A DNA stretch of 60,632 nt, the filler included, from Bipalium vagum (Eukaryota): assembly GCA_037834085.1 (NCBI GenBank). It is 3 parts of 3 records of this genome, joined end to end, with 100 filler letters (N's around TTAATTAATTAA, not from the genome) between each part and the next. Parts side by side here need not be neighbours in the genome. Positions count along the whole stretch, not along the records: positions 40,840 to 60,632 come from JBBMKC010267674.1; 2 more parts are not named here. One strand, written 5' to 3'. Shown one piece after another: positions 46,604 to 59,010 of the stretch (the stretch's first letter is position 1; every line of letters begins with the position of its first letter). Both the position numbers and the translations under genes were made by a program. The notes under the pieces are model-generated. The model worked only from the letters and a program-made list of their open reading frames with translations. It was not told where the DNA came from and did not search any database.

Positions 46604-47163
46604 GACTAATTTTCAATTTATCTCACAATAATAATTTAAATAATAATTATAAAGCATTTTAACTTTAAAAATTATAATAATCATGATGACTTAAAACTTA
46701 ATTTAAATATGAAGTGAAATTAAAGTTATACTTTATTAATAGCAAATTAAAATTTTATTTATATCATAATAACTTGAATACTTTTGGATACCTTTTTAGA
46801 TCACAATTTCCAATTATGATTTTTAATTTTAGGCTGAAAAAGCTTTGATATTCCAAAACCAATTATTATATAACCTAACCTGTTAGACCTGATTCCAAAA
46901 TTTAATAGTCGTGTTCACTAACTACCGAGCCTTTACAAGTCAAATAGGATACAAGTCTAAACTTTTATATCTTATCAAAAAGGTTTCAATATTGTCAAAA
47001 TCATTATGCCGAGAAGGATATGATATTTCCAATGCTTTTAATATTATAACCTTTTTTACACCAATGAGGCAAGAAAAACAATAAAATAAAATCAAATAAA
47101 TACAACTAAGAATGCTATCAATATGAATAGAATTGAATAATTAATAATAATAATTAAATAATA

Positions 47164-48425
47164 TTAGGAGTAACCATAAGTAATTAATTTCTTAAGTGGC
47201 AAAACAAAAAAAGAATTTAAATATATTTATTTCTATTTTTAATCGATTATATAATTTCCATCGTTGTCTAGGACCTTTTTTTTATCTTGTTAGTAGAGTT
47301 TCAATTTCCCGGCCATAAAATTCTGTATCCTTTGAAGAGAAATATGATTCTAGGTGAAGTTGAACGTCACCGGCATTTTTGAAATTTTGATTCTTCAGGG
47401 AATGTTCAATGGACCAGAATAAATGAAAATCCAATGGCCCTATGTCTGAAGAATTTGGGGGATGTTGTAAAACTTCCCAGTCTAGCTCACATATTTTTTG
47501 GGGTTAATTTTGCTGCATGAGGTCTTGCATTATCATGTTGCAATATTACTCCTTTTCTGTTAACCAAACCTGGTCGTTTTAAGAAAAATTGGTTTCGTAA
47601 TCTATCCAATTGTTGGCAATACAATTCAGCTGTAACTGTTTCTCCTGATTTCAATAGTTCAAAATGAATTATGCCACCATAGTTCCACCAAACTCACAAT
47701 AATACCTTCTTTAGAGTGATGGATGATTTCGGAATGGGTACGGCTAGTTGATTTGAAAAAAGCCATTGCTTGGTGCGCTTGTTGTTATTGTAAAAGACCC
47801 ACTTCTCGTCACCAGTAAGAATCCTTCTTAAAAACGCATCATTTCTTTGTCTGAACAAAAGAGATCTGCAAATTGTACGCCGTTGATCTTTATTCATCTC
47901 CGAGAATAGATGTGGGACCCATATACCTTGCCTGTAAACCTTCCCGATTTCATTAAGATGTCTTTGAACTGTTGACCAAGTAGCTTTAGGAGTTTTTACT
48001 AATTCCTGGATACTCATTTTGGGATTCGTTTCCACTAGTGATTTAGAGCGTCTTTATCAAACCTTATCTGACGTCCAGTTCAAGCGCTATCAGACAAGCC
48101 AAAATTACCATTTGAAACTTTTTTGGCACTTAATGACTTGTAATACGTCTACGTACCATTACAAATCTTCTTTGTTGCAACGGTTACATTAACACCGGAT
48201 CGAAAATGAAACAGTATGCAACGGCGTAAATGTTCCTCATTTGGTTGATTCTCCGCCATTTTATATCAGAATAATAAAAACGTTTGAATTTAGTTATAAT
48301 CAATACTCAATGTCAATGATTGTAATTTAACGTAATAAAACAAGTGTTTATATATTCAGGGTCTGAACTAGAATGAAGCAAACACTGCATACTAAAAATA
48401 ATTGATTAATTATGGGTACTCCTAA
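47164..48425 (-). mobile_element. Near full-length mariner (DD34D), inactivated
   Basis: TA-flanked TIRs TTAGGAGTAACCATAAGTAAT / ATTAATTATGGGTACTCCTAA; WVPHLF, ILTGDEKW, QHDNARPH, PPNSSDIGPLDFHLF. Confidence 0.93.
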
Positions 48426-49039
48426 TAATTATTATTATTTAATTCAATTATAATAATTGCAAAAGAATTGAACCGACTTCATCTCAATGAACAACTCTGA
48501 CCTATTAAAGAACCCCTTCTCCAAACTCTATAGGGGTGTGAGCATGATCCTTGAAAGGCACTGACTTCTGGACTGCTAACCTTTACAAAGACTAATCTTC
48601 AATATCAAATTCAAATTGACATTTTGTTTTCAATTAATTCTTTATTTTAATTTTCAACAAAAATTGTTAATATTTGGAAAATGTGATGTCGCTTCAAAAA
48701 TGTTTCCGAGATACGAGAATTTCTGTATTATATCTGCTTATAGTCTGAATATAAGGAAGAACGAATTTCAATTTTTGCTACAGACACCTAAATATAGATT
48801 TTTAATATCAAAAATTAAATAATTTTAACTAAAATATTTACTATTTAAAATTTCCGCATCAAGCGCTTTAAAATAATATATTAGGCTGTACCATATGAAA
48901 TATAAGTGTTAGATAATAATTTAAAGTATTTGTTTTATATAATTGATTTTTGATACATAAACAGTTTTTGAAAAGGTAGTTTACTGTTTTACATTTAATG
49001 AATAATTTAGAGAAAGAATCCATTCTACCTATCAATAAG

Positions 49040-49660
49040 AATAGATATTTTTTCAACACCAAATTAAAAATAATTTTTATTAACTAAAAATAGTTGCCAT
49101 TCACTGAAATTACATTTCTGCCAACTTAGACTTAATTCGGATAATAGAATTTCTCCTTTCTGGAATTTATAAAGTCGGAGATGGTGATTTTGATAGCAAC
49201 AGATCAGCAAAATTTTTTTACCTAAGAATTTATCTAAATGCTTTAAAAACTGATAATCCATTGGAGTCAAGTCTAGTGAATATTGAGGATGCTTCAAAAC
49301 TTTAATATCCAGTTAACTTAGCCTTTTCATAGTTTTCATGGGAACATATGGTCGAGCATTATCCTGGAGCAGAATTAATCATTTTCTATTGACTAATGAG
49401 GGCTGTGCATTTTTTGTGCATTATTTCAATTTCTCATCAAAATTTGTCTACTGTGATAGTTTCACCTGCATTTAGAAAAGAAAATGTATTAGATCAGCCA
49501 TTGACCACTGAAGGGTTATATTTGCCTTTTTGGGGTACAAGACGAGTTTTGGAGCCTCAGGAACATCCAGTCATTGAGCCGTTTTTTAAACAATTTTTAC
49601 AGTTCATCTTCATTATCAAACGACATTTTCTTTAAGGCATTAGAAAGTGAGCAAGAGAAG
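49040..49660 (-). mobile_element. mariner remnant
   Basis: LLQDNARPY...HPQYSLDLTPMDYQFLKHL. Confidence 0.8.
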
Positions 49661-50147
49661 GAAATCCAAAGAAGCGAGGTCAGGTGAACAGAGTAGATGA
49701 GGAATTATCTCCTATCCAAGGTCCTCCACAGCCATTTTTGTAAGCCTTGCTATATGTGGACGGGTATCGTCGTGTTGAATTAAACAAATCTTAAAAAGAA
49801 GTGTATATAAAAAAAGAAAATTATTTGACAACTTAATAATATTTCGGGCGGCTTCCGATGTCGCAATTTCCACTCATACAAAAATTATTCTCATTTCCTC
49901 TTTTGTAATGCTACACATTTTTAACTAAATTTTTTTTTGAATATTTGATTTATTTAAAAAAAAATAGATATCATACTGTTAAACTTGATCTTCAAAATGA
50001 GATATAAAATATTTTGCTAACTTAAATATTGCCCGATCTACGTTTTTTTCAAAATTTCATATTGTACAACCTAATATTTAAAATACATTATATATATACA
50101 TTTTTATATTAAACACATTTTTAAAAAGTTTTATCATAAAAAACTAG

Positions 50148-50710
50148 ACTTTAAATAACCTTGTAATAAGTACATACATCGCACATTAAAGTTACGACAT
50201 TACATAGGTTTTCTATCTAGCTTTTAAAAGTTGCATGAATATTTTATCAGTTTTTAAAAAATTAAATTACCTCTAACTTCAAGATTCTAAATAATCTATT
50301 TTGTTTTAATTATTCATAACCAAAAAACAGAAATACGTAAATTGTAATTTGTTTTAGAGACAATTTGGTTATTTTTCTTTTAACTTGCAAACTTAAACTT
50401 ATTATTGTTCAGCCGCTTGCATTGGTATGTGTAGTTTTTTTTATATTTATTTTCCATTGTCACATATTTGGAACGTTCAAGCAGACAATAAAGCACAAGC
50501 TCTACAAATATTACCAATAATTTATGACCAAGCGTATTTAAATAACTGATGCCATTTTTTACACGTGAATCATATTAGTATATTTTTCATCTTTCATATA
50601 CTTGGTTTCTTAAACAAGTTATTAAAATATTTATAGGAGTTTTATTTGAATTAAATAAGTAAAAAATGGTATGAATAATTCTTGATTAATCATAAAATGA
50701 AATAAAAGTA
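50148..50710 (+). repeat. About 560-bp direct repeat, copy 2
   Basis: Matches 41313-41857. Confidence 0.93.
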
Positions 50711-51833
50711 AATAGTAAATTAATTATTCTTTAGGTTTCCTAAATAATAGTTTTAAAAAATTTTTTTATTTTTAATATAGAAAAGAACTAATTAAAATCT
50801 TTATAAATTTTAATATATTATCAACTATTATTCTTATTATCAGTGATATTGTTATCATTATCACTAACCAAGTGCTATTATTATTATTATTATCGATAAT
50901 ATAAACATAACCATTAATTGTTATTATTTTTATTTTATATAAATTTTTTAAGTTTTATAAATTATATAATAATATTTATTATAGTAATATATATTATTAT
51001 ATGTTTTATTTATTATTATAGTTATTATTTTATTTTTATTATTCGTTTTTATTTTAAAATTTAAAACTTAGTAATTATATCATGTATTTTTTGTTATTAT
51101 ATATATTTGGCTTATGTATGGAAAGTGAACCTTTTTAAAATATCGTTTCTTTTTATAATAATAAGTAATGCAAATATTAAGTAAACCAAACAAAAAAGAT
51201 AATTTATTCAAAATATTTTCCAAAATTATCTTTTAAATGCAAATATCATGTATAAGAAATTGTAATATTTTATTATACAGATTATATTTAAGTAAAATTT
51301 TTTTCTTCACGTATGTCCTGAATTTGAATTTTATATTTGTTATTTATAATTTATAATGCACAATCATTAATATATTTGATTGATATGAAATCAGAACAGT
51401 AAAATAAGTTATTATATTAAGTATTATTTTTAAAAAGTAAAATCGTATGAAATGATATGATGTTATATGACCTGAATTCTAAAACAATAGATTTTTGTCA
51501 AATTGTAACATGCATAAGATAATTATGGGATTATATCGAATTTTGTTCTAAATAAAGTAAAGAATGTGAAATTTGAGATATTTGATTTATGTAATTAGTA
51601 ATTAGTAAAAAATATTTATAAAATACTTAAATATTGTTATGATATCTAAGAAACATTGAGATATGAAGTTTAATTTGAAAGATTTTGCTTTAATTTTGAT
51701 TACAAGAAATATCTTTTGGTTTAATAAAATATTTTATTGTTACATTTTTATGTAATATTATCATGAGAAAAAAATATTTTTGAAAATTTTTTTATTTTTA
51801 TACAAAAATTATTTATTTTATTAATGTATTTAG

Positions 51834-54800
51834 ATGCCATTTGGCATAGTGACCTGGATTTTTTATTTGATCCTGACAATTGGCATGAAACATATATCCG
51901 TGATGAAAGCTGGCGAATCACATGGCTACTACGACCGCAATATTTCAATCTTATATTTTGTTTGATATGTTTGATAATGAAATATCCTGGAGTCTTTTGG
52001 GATTGTCACAAAGCATTTGCATTTACATTTTCATTTTTAATAACACTGGCCAGTATTCATATAATCATGGATTATAGCACTACAAGTGTTCTTATTCGAT
52101 TAGCTGCGAATCGCGATTTTCTGGCGGATAAATTGCAAATTACTTTCATCTCACCAATTTTCTTAATGATGTTTTCAATGTTAGGATCAAGTATAATCCT
52201 CATAACTTTTTGGTGTGTATTTGAATTCGGATTTCAACAATTCCTTGATAATTTATCTCGTTACCGTCATTTAATGGACCTTCAATGTGATGATTCTCAT
52301 AATGGCAGTAATTTATCTGAGTTTGCTTGCTGTAAACGAAAACATCTTTATTTGCGAGGATATCTTCCACATGTTGGTGGGATTTGTGGATGTGCAATTG
52401 GTTTCAGTATGAAAATTCCTCTTTTTTATGCTGGTATAAATATCATCTATCAAAACACTGGTGATCCAATGATGATTATTAATCTAGTCGTCTCCATTAT
52501 CTTTATATGCTTGTGGTTAATAACATGGTTTGGGTTTACTCTGAAACCAAGTTGGAGATTTTTTGTAAGTTCAAATTTACGAAATTTATACTCTACATGC
52601 TAGTTATTAAATATTTAGAAAAATATTGAATTTATTTAATTTGGTTTTATTGGTTGCACTCGGAAATTTTATAAAAATATAAAGTTGTGACGAAAGCAAT
52701 AACCAATTTTAATAAATACTAAAATTCAGTAACTCAGTAAAAAAACGTTATTAATCAAAATATAATCCTTTGAAATCCAGAAACCTCTGACTAGGAGAAA
52801 TAAGTATATTGGTGGCAGTACATCTTTACCGCTATATTTTCACCAGCGTTTTGAATGTTTTGATTGATCAGGCCAATTATGGATCACCAAACTGTCAACA
52901 TAACTTTTATGGTGCTAAATTGGTTTTGGAATTGTTTAGAAGCGTTATCATGTTTCTTAATTTATTATAGAAACTCATTTCTCATTGCTCGTCATTTGTT
53001 GAAGAAATTGATCATTATTGTTGTGCAAAAGAAATGAATATGACACTTGAAAACTGCGATTCCTTTGTTTTTTACACAAATTTTTATCAGTAATAAGTTA
53101 ACTAATAATTATTTATTTTGGACAATAAATAAGCTGACCAGTCCAAGAGTTCTCATATAAGTAACGGTTTCATTATCTTATCTGCAAAAAAAACATTGAA
53201 AAGACTTGGATGGGAGGTTTCACATCACCCACCGTATTCATCAGACAAAGTTCTGACTTCCACTTGTTTCGATCCATTTAGCATTCTCTTGCTGGACAGG
53301 CTTTCAATTCCTATCAGGATGTCAAAAAAAGGATGGATCAATGGATTGCTTCAAAGGATCAAGATTCCTTTTACTGGGGAATCCGTTCTTTGATCGAAAG
53401 ATGCCAACGGAAAATATTTTGACTGAAATAAATATTTTGTTAATTTTAAGTAAATTACTTTTTTCATTATAAAACGATGGGAATTAATTCTCATACCTAA
53501 TATTTATCTAAAAATTTTCCGATTAACTGTTAAAAAATTATTATAAAGAACAAAATAGATTGTTGATAATAATTATTAGCTTGTCTTATAAAATGTCCGA
53601 TCACATGATAAAAAAAGACAATGAAGCACATATGGGAAATTTTTTATTTACTTAAAAATTAAACACATTTTTACCAAAGTCTTCATAGGTTTTGAATACC
53701 TTTTATATGTGCTTTCTAGAAGTGATAAAGTCTGATAGACTTGTTTCGATACCCTCCGATTTGTAAATATTTTCTTGGTCAAAAAATTTGGAGATGCTTA
53801 AAGAAATGGTAATCCATTGGTGTTCAGGTCTGAGAAATAAGTGGGATCTTGCGGACTTTCTATTCGTAGATCAATTAGTTTTCTAGTCTTTTTGTGATAG
53901 TATATTGTTATGCAACAGAAATACTAGTTGACCACTGAAGGCTTACTTTTTTGTACATTATTTCTATATCGGAGTTGCATTTTTCGGCTGTAATAGTCTT
54001 GTATTATTCTGATCCACAAATTTATTTCTTTCTTTCATTTTTAGTAGAGTTAGTTTGCATCGTTTAGATTTCTCAGCTTCATTTAAATGTGCTCTTAAAG
54101 ATTTAATATTTCATTATTTAAAATTTTTTTAATTTTTAAATTAACTTTAAAAGGAGGCAATTTTAAAATAAATGACAAATTTTATATTTAGGGTCTAAAA
54201 ATTTGACTGTTTAGAGAGGTATTTTTGTTAAAATCTACTTATATATATTTAAAAGTAATACAAAATGACGTTATATGGAGGTGACTTTATAAAGAAGTTC
54301 GACTGTAGTCAGAAAGAAAAATGATTTGCACGAGGACTCAGCCGAATCACAAAATTTATATTACCACAAATCAAATTGAGTGGTACAAAGGGAAAGAAAA
54401 CAATAATTGAATGGCTAAAATAATGGGAGCAATCTTCTGAGGAGAAGGGTTAGAAATTTCTTTTAGCTGTTTTTTATAAATACTTTTGTTTTAATAATTA
54501 CTTGAAATAAAATATTTTTCTATCTACATGTACCTATCAACAATGAAGAAAAATAGTTCGAAATAATAAAAAGTAATTTCTCTAAAATCCATTTATTTGT
54601 AGATATCTAGTTCTAAAGGATTTTCTGACATTACATCGACTACAATTGCTAATAGTATGTCAACTATGATGCAACAGCAAAAATTACAATCACGTGATCA
54701 GATGAGAAATGATGGAGTCAATCAAATTTATGCATGTTATCATGGCATGAATCCATGTTTGGTAATTGATGAAAATAGACTCCGAAGCGATGACAGCTAC

Positions 54801-57800
54801 AGTGAAGAAAATGACGTTCCTGGTAATTTTTCACTTTATCAGTAATTAATTTATCTTTTCAATATTAGCATGTAATAGTATAATAAAACGATATTCTTTC
54901 ATTAAACAGAACACTTAAAAATTATATATTGGGAAGCATAATAATAGGAAGACCCATATTTTTGATGAAAATAGCCGATCTAAAAAATGAATACAGTAAA
55001 TTTATGATTTTTAAATTGTATGGCAAGCATTAACAACGACAAAAGAAATTAACACTAATAAATATTTCGATATTTTTGGACGTTTTGTCAAAAATAGTCA
55101 AAATCAATAAGGCAAATGATAGGAATATTAAGGAAAAAATCAATATAAACGATAAATATTTATTAAAATAAAACATCTTGTAACTTGTACAAGCACCGTA
55201 TATGAATAACCTTAAAAATTCGATCTAGCATACTCTTAAAATAATTCCTAAAAGTACCTTGGTCCAGATTGTTCCGGGCGCGAGTGATGGCTTGTTTTAG
55301 CTCTTCATGCGTCGAAAACTGCATATTGTTGTTATATACAGCTCTTTTAATACAAGTTTTCGATGTGATTTAAGTCTGGAGAAAGAGCAGACCATTTTAA
55401 TCGCTTAATATTTTTGGTGGTTAACCAGTCCATAGTGCTTTCGAAAAACAAAGCTCATGTCAAGATATAATAAAGATCAATAAATTAAATTTTAATACCA
55501 CTTGGTAGCTTGTTGGAACGAAGACTATAGTTATTTTTCATATCATCGATATGGCACCCGAGACCATTACCGATCTCCCACCGAAGTTTCTTTTGTTTTT
55601 TGACAGCTCTTCATTCCTTAAATCCCTCCAATAATATGAAAACCATTTGGTCCATCTAGATTGAATATTTTTCTCGTCGCTTAATTACCTAGGCAAAACT
55701 ATAATGATAAAATAAATAACAAATAACATACCTTATTCCAGTCAAGTGACATGGATTTCCTTGCAAATTCAAAACAATTTTCTTTTCGTTTGGATTTTAG
55801 TGGCGGTAATTTCATGTATTGTGATATTATCATATCTCGATCCCGGGTTATAACCGTTCCAATTGTCCATTTTGAGACGTTGAGGCCTAAATCTTCGATA
55901 ATTTGAAGCATGGTTCACTGTGTGACGCTCAGATCGTTCTGATAAATTCTTATGACGACCAGGACTCTTGTTATGGAAATAATGAAACAGTTTTTTGAAA
56001 AACAATTGCAAGACGAGTCAAAGAATTGGGGTTTTCAAGGAAACCATTTTATTCAAAAAAGAATATTAAAGACAAATTAAATTTTTATAATCTGGTTCCA
56101 ATATGTGTTTTGGAGTGATGAATGTAGATTTGAACTTCATAGTGATACCCCTGAACGCTGTCTTCGAAGATCAACTGAAAAATATGTAATGGAATGTATT
56201 TCTATCTCAAAAAAATCGCGCTGGGGGAATTATGGTTTGGGGAATATTCTCAGCATCTGGAGTTGGTGAGCTTATACGATATACTGGGTCAATTAATGCC
56301 AAAGAGTACCAAAGGATATTAGATATTGGATTGCTTCCAAACATCAAGAAGTTATGCACGGAAAATGAAAGACAATGTGTTATTTTCCAACAGGACAATG
56401 CACCGGCGCACACAGCAAAAATAACAAAAGCATGGTTGAAGAATAAAAGGTGTACCGGTTATGTTTTGGTCTGGACAATCGCCAGATCTTAATCCCATTG
56501 AGAAAGTTAATTCGTTCTTCATAACAGTATAAAATATAACACGTGAAGGTGAAAAAGTATTTATTCAAACAAATCAATAATAAATAATATAACTCCCCGT
56601 TGTACAAGATTATTGGTATTTTTTCAACCACTCGATTCTCCTTAATTTCTTTCCATCTGAATCGCTAAGTTCGATCTGGTGTGGCGATATAAATTTGATT
56701 ATCTTATAGGGGCCGTCGTACTGGAATCCATTTTCTTTCTGTTCTGCGGTTGCCTTCTTACTAACTCTTCTTCACCAATTCTGAATTCTCGATGATCTCT
56801 GTTGTCCTTCTCAAAAACAATCATTTTGTCAGCTGCCAAATCTAGATTCACAGAGCTGTGATCTCTGTTTCTGGAACGACAGTTCCATTCCTTCCAGAGT
56901 GTAAGTTAACTCTATCCAAATACAATTTCGAACGGTGAAAATTTTGTAGTGCTCTACTGAGTTGCGTTGTTACTGAATTCCATTCTTGGAAGTAATTCAG
57001 ACCAGTTTCTTTCTAAACAACCTCCCTTCAGAGAAATACTTTACAGTATATATACAGGGTCTTCCAAAAGAAGCTTTAATACTTTAAGTCGCTATTTCTC
57101 CGTGCATAAAAATTAAAAAGCCAAGTAATTTTATTTAAACACAGATATTACAAAAATTTATATTTTAAATATGATGTCATGCCTCTGGCAGCCTTACAAG
57201 TTTGGGCTATTTTTATGGAATTTTGCAAAACTTTTAAGTCAATTAAGATCATAGCGATTTGTTCCAAAATGTTATCTTTGATTAATATAGACTTTATCTT
57301 TTAGATATCCCCATAAAAATAGTCTGGAGCTTTCAAGTCGGGAGATGTGGGAGGCCAATCAACATCACCGAAACTTGAGATCACGCCAGATGGAAAAGTT
57401 TCGTATAATAATGCAATTGTTTTTCTATTTGTATGGGATGTGTCACCATATTGCTGAAAGTAAATATTCTCCACATTAAAATCATTCAGATAAGGCTTAA
57501 GGAATATTTCTATCATGTGTCGATATCTCTCTCCCGTTACTGTAACTGTTTTACCTGCAGCATTTTCGAAAAAGTAGGGATCAATTAATCCTCTTGCCCA
57601 TATTCCACACCATACAGTAACTTTTAGCGAATGTAATGCTTCTTCCTTCAAAACATAGGGTTGCTTTGTTGCCCAAATTTGACAATTTTGTTTATTAAAA
57701 ACACATTCACTCAAGTGAAAATGACTTTCATCAGTCATAATGTTTTTTTTTCCAAAAATGAGGATCCGCAATTGATCTTTCTAACAACCAATTTCAATAA

Positions 57801-58365
57801 TTCAGGGACTTTGATGGTCTGATTCTTTAAGCTTCTGAACTACGGTAAGCTTATTTCATATGCAAATCTTCATCAATTATAAGTGACAAACTGGATTTTG
57901 AGAGTTTTAATTCCTGTGCTCTATGACTGATTGAGGTGCATATATTGTCTTCAATGCTTTCTCATTTACTTGCCATATTTTCAGGTATACGCGCAGATTA
58001 TATTATTATTATATACGCATTAATTAAATATTATATATATTGTTAAATAGGTTATAAATTTCACAGATATCAAAGTAAATTTTTAATAATTTATTTTTCT
58101 TTGTTTGCAGATAATCTGACAACTACTAATTATGTTTATTTACAAAGTTCAATGAACCCAGCAATTAATCAGTTCTTAGTCTCAAATAATATATCTCAGT
58201 CACAAAATGGAGAATCACCACTAATAGTGTCTTTTAATGACAATATTGATTCAAGGAACAATGTTTCCGAAAGCGAATCGTCCTATGATTCTGCATCAAA
58301 TATTAGAAATCAGATGATGATCTCTCTAGATCCGCACAATGGAAGATTTCCGCGATCAGTTGGGG
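51834..58365 (+). CDS. Tincar-like multipass transmembrane protein, partial; exons 51834-52564, 54603-54822, 58111-58365
   Basis: DAIWHSDLDF...MKYPGVFWDCHKAFAFTFS resembles the tincar RYPAVFW region; several hydrophobic helices; AG/GT boundaries with matching phases (0 then 1). First and last exons not located. Confidence 0.75.
52800..53500. mobile_element. Rearranged mariner remnants in tincar-like intron
   Basis: LGWEVSHHPPYSSD on the plus strand, HTH-like remnant on the minus strand, TIR-like ...TCTCATACCTAATA. Confidence 0.7.
55190..56000 (-). mobile_element. Tc1 transposase remnant
   Basis: SPGRHKNLSERSER, LNVSKWTI, DEKNIQSRW/DG, KWSALSPDLNHIE. Confidence 0.75.
56030..56510 (+). mobile_element. 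Tc1 transposase remnant
   Basis: FWSDECRF, GIMVWGIFSASGVG, FQQDNAPAH, SPDLNPIE. Confidence 0.85.
56620..57030 (-). mobile_element. Gypsy-type integrase C-terminal remnant
   Basis: LLPRMEFSNNAT..STTKFSPFEIVFG and YDGPYKII (GPY/F module). Confidence 0.7.
57055..57990 (-). mobile_element. DD41D (rosa/Visitor) Tc1-mariner transposase remnant
   Basis: TDESHFHL...VTVWCGIW...FQQ(Y)G, then 41 residues, then D in WPPTSPDLKAPD; TIR-like TACAGGGTCTTCCAAAAG. Confidence 0.85.
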
Positions 58366-58449
58366 GTAATCAAATTATATTTTATTGAAAAAGTATTTTA
58401 TTTTGTGTTTACCCATGAAGTTGCCGATTTAAGACAAAACATTTACTTA

Positions 58450-59010
58450 ATTTTTTTAAAAACAGAAAATCTAATTAATCCAAGTATTGACAGATATTGT
58501 CAATACACTTTTTTCCATTTAAAGGAAGCTATTTATAGGGTTACGATAGAAATTTTTAGATCTCGTCGAGATGAAGACACAAAATATCTAAATATCAAAT
58601 TTGCAATATTTCCTAAACTAATGAATTTATTAATATCTTTTTACATGTTATGCGTTGAAATATATACAAACACCAATAAAGATGTCTTAGATCTCTTCAC
58701 CTTGGCAGAATTTACGCAGGTTTGCCTTCATGTGTCTCAATAATTTTTGCACAGTGCTATTATCAAACATCTTACATTATTTCGAAAGAATCAATTTGTT
58801 CATTTGTTCGAGAAGTAACCTTTGCAATTTATGTAGATCATGCTGTTCTGTGTGTTGTAATCTTGATCCTTACAAAAGTTTTCCTCAGCCGGAAAGAATC
58901 AGATTATTTGTGCTTCAGCAGAACGTTTCAATTTCTGAGAAGTATCTTTACTCTTGTCAGACGATTTTGTTGTGCTTTTTGTGTAAGAAGTTGGGTAACA
59001 GTATAGAATC
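58450..59010 (-). mobile_element. DD37D/maT-like transposase remnant
   Basis: QLLTQKAQQNRLTRVKILL and FPAEENFCKDQDYNTQN (FSDEKNF..DQ..N.QN-type). Confidence 0.5.
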
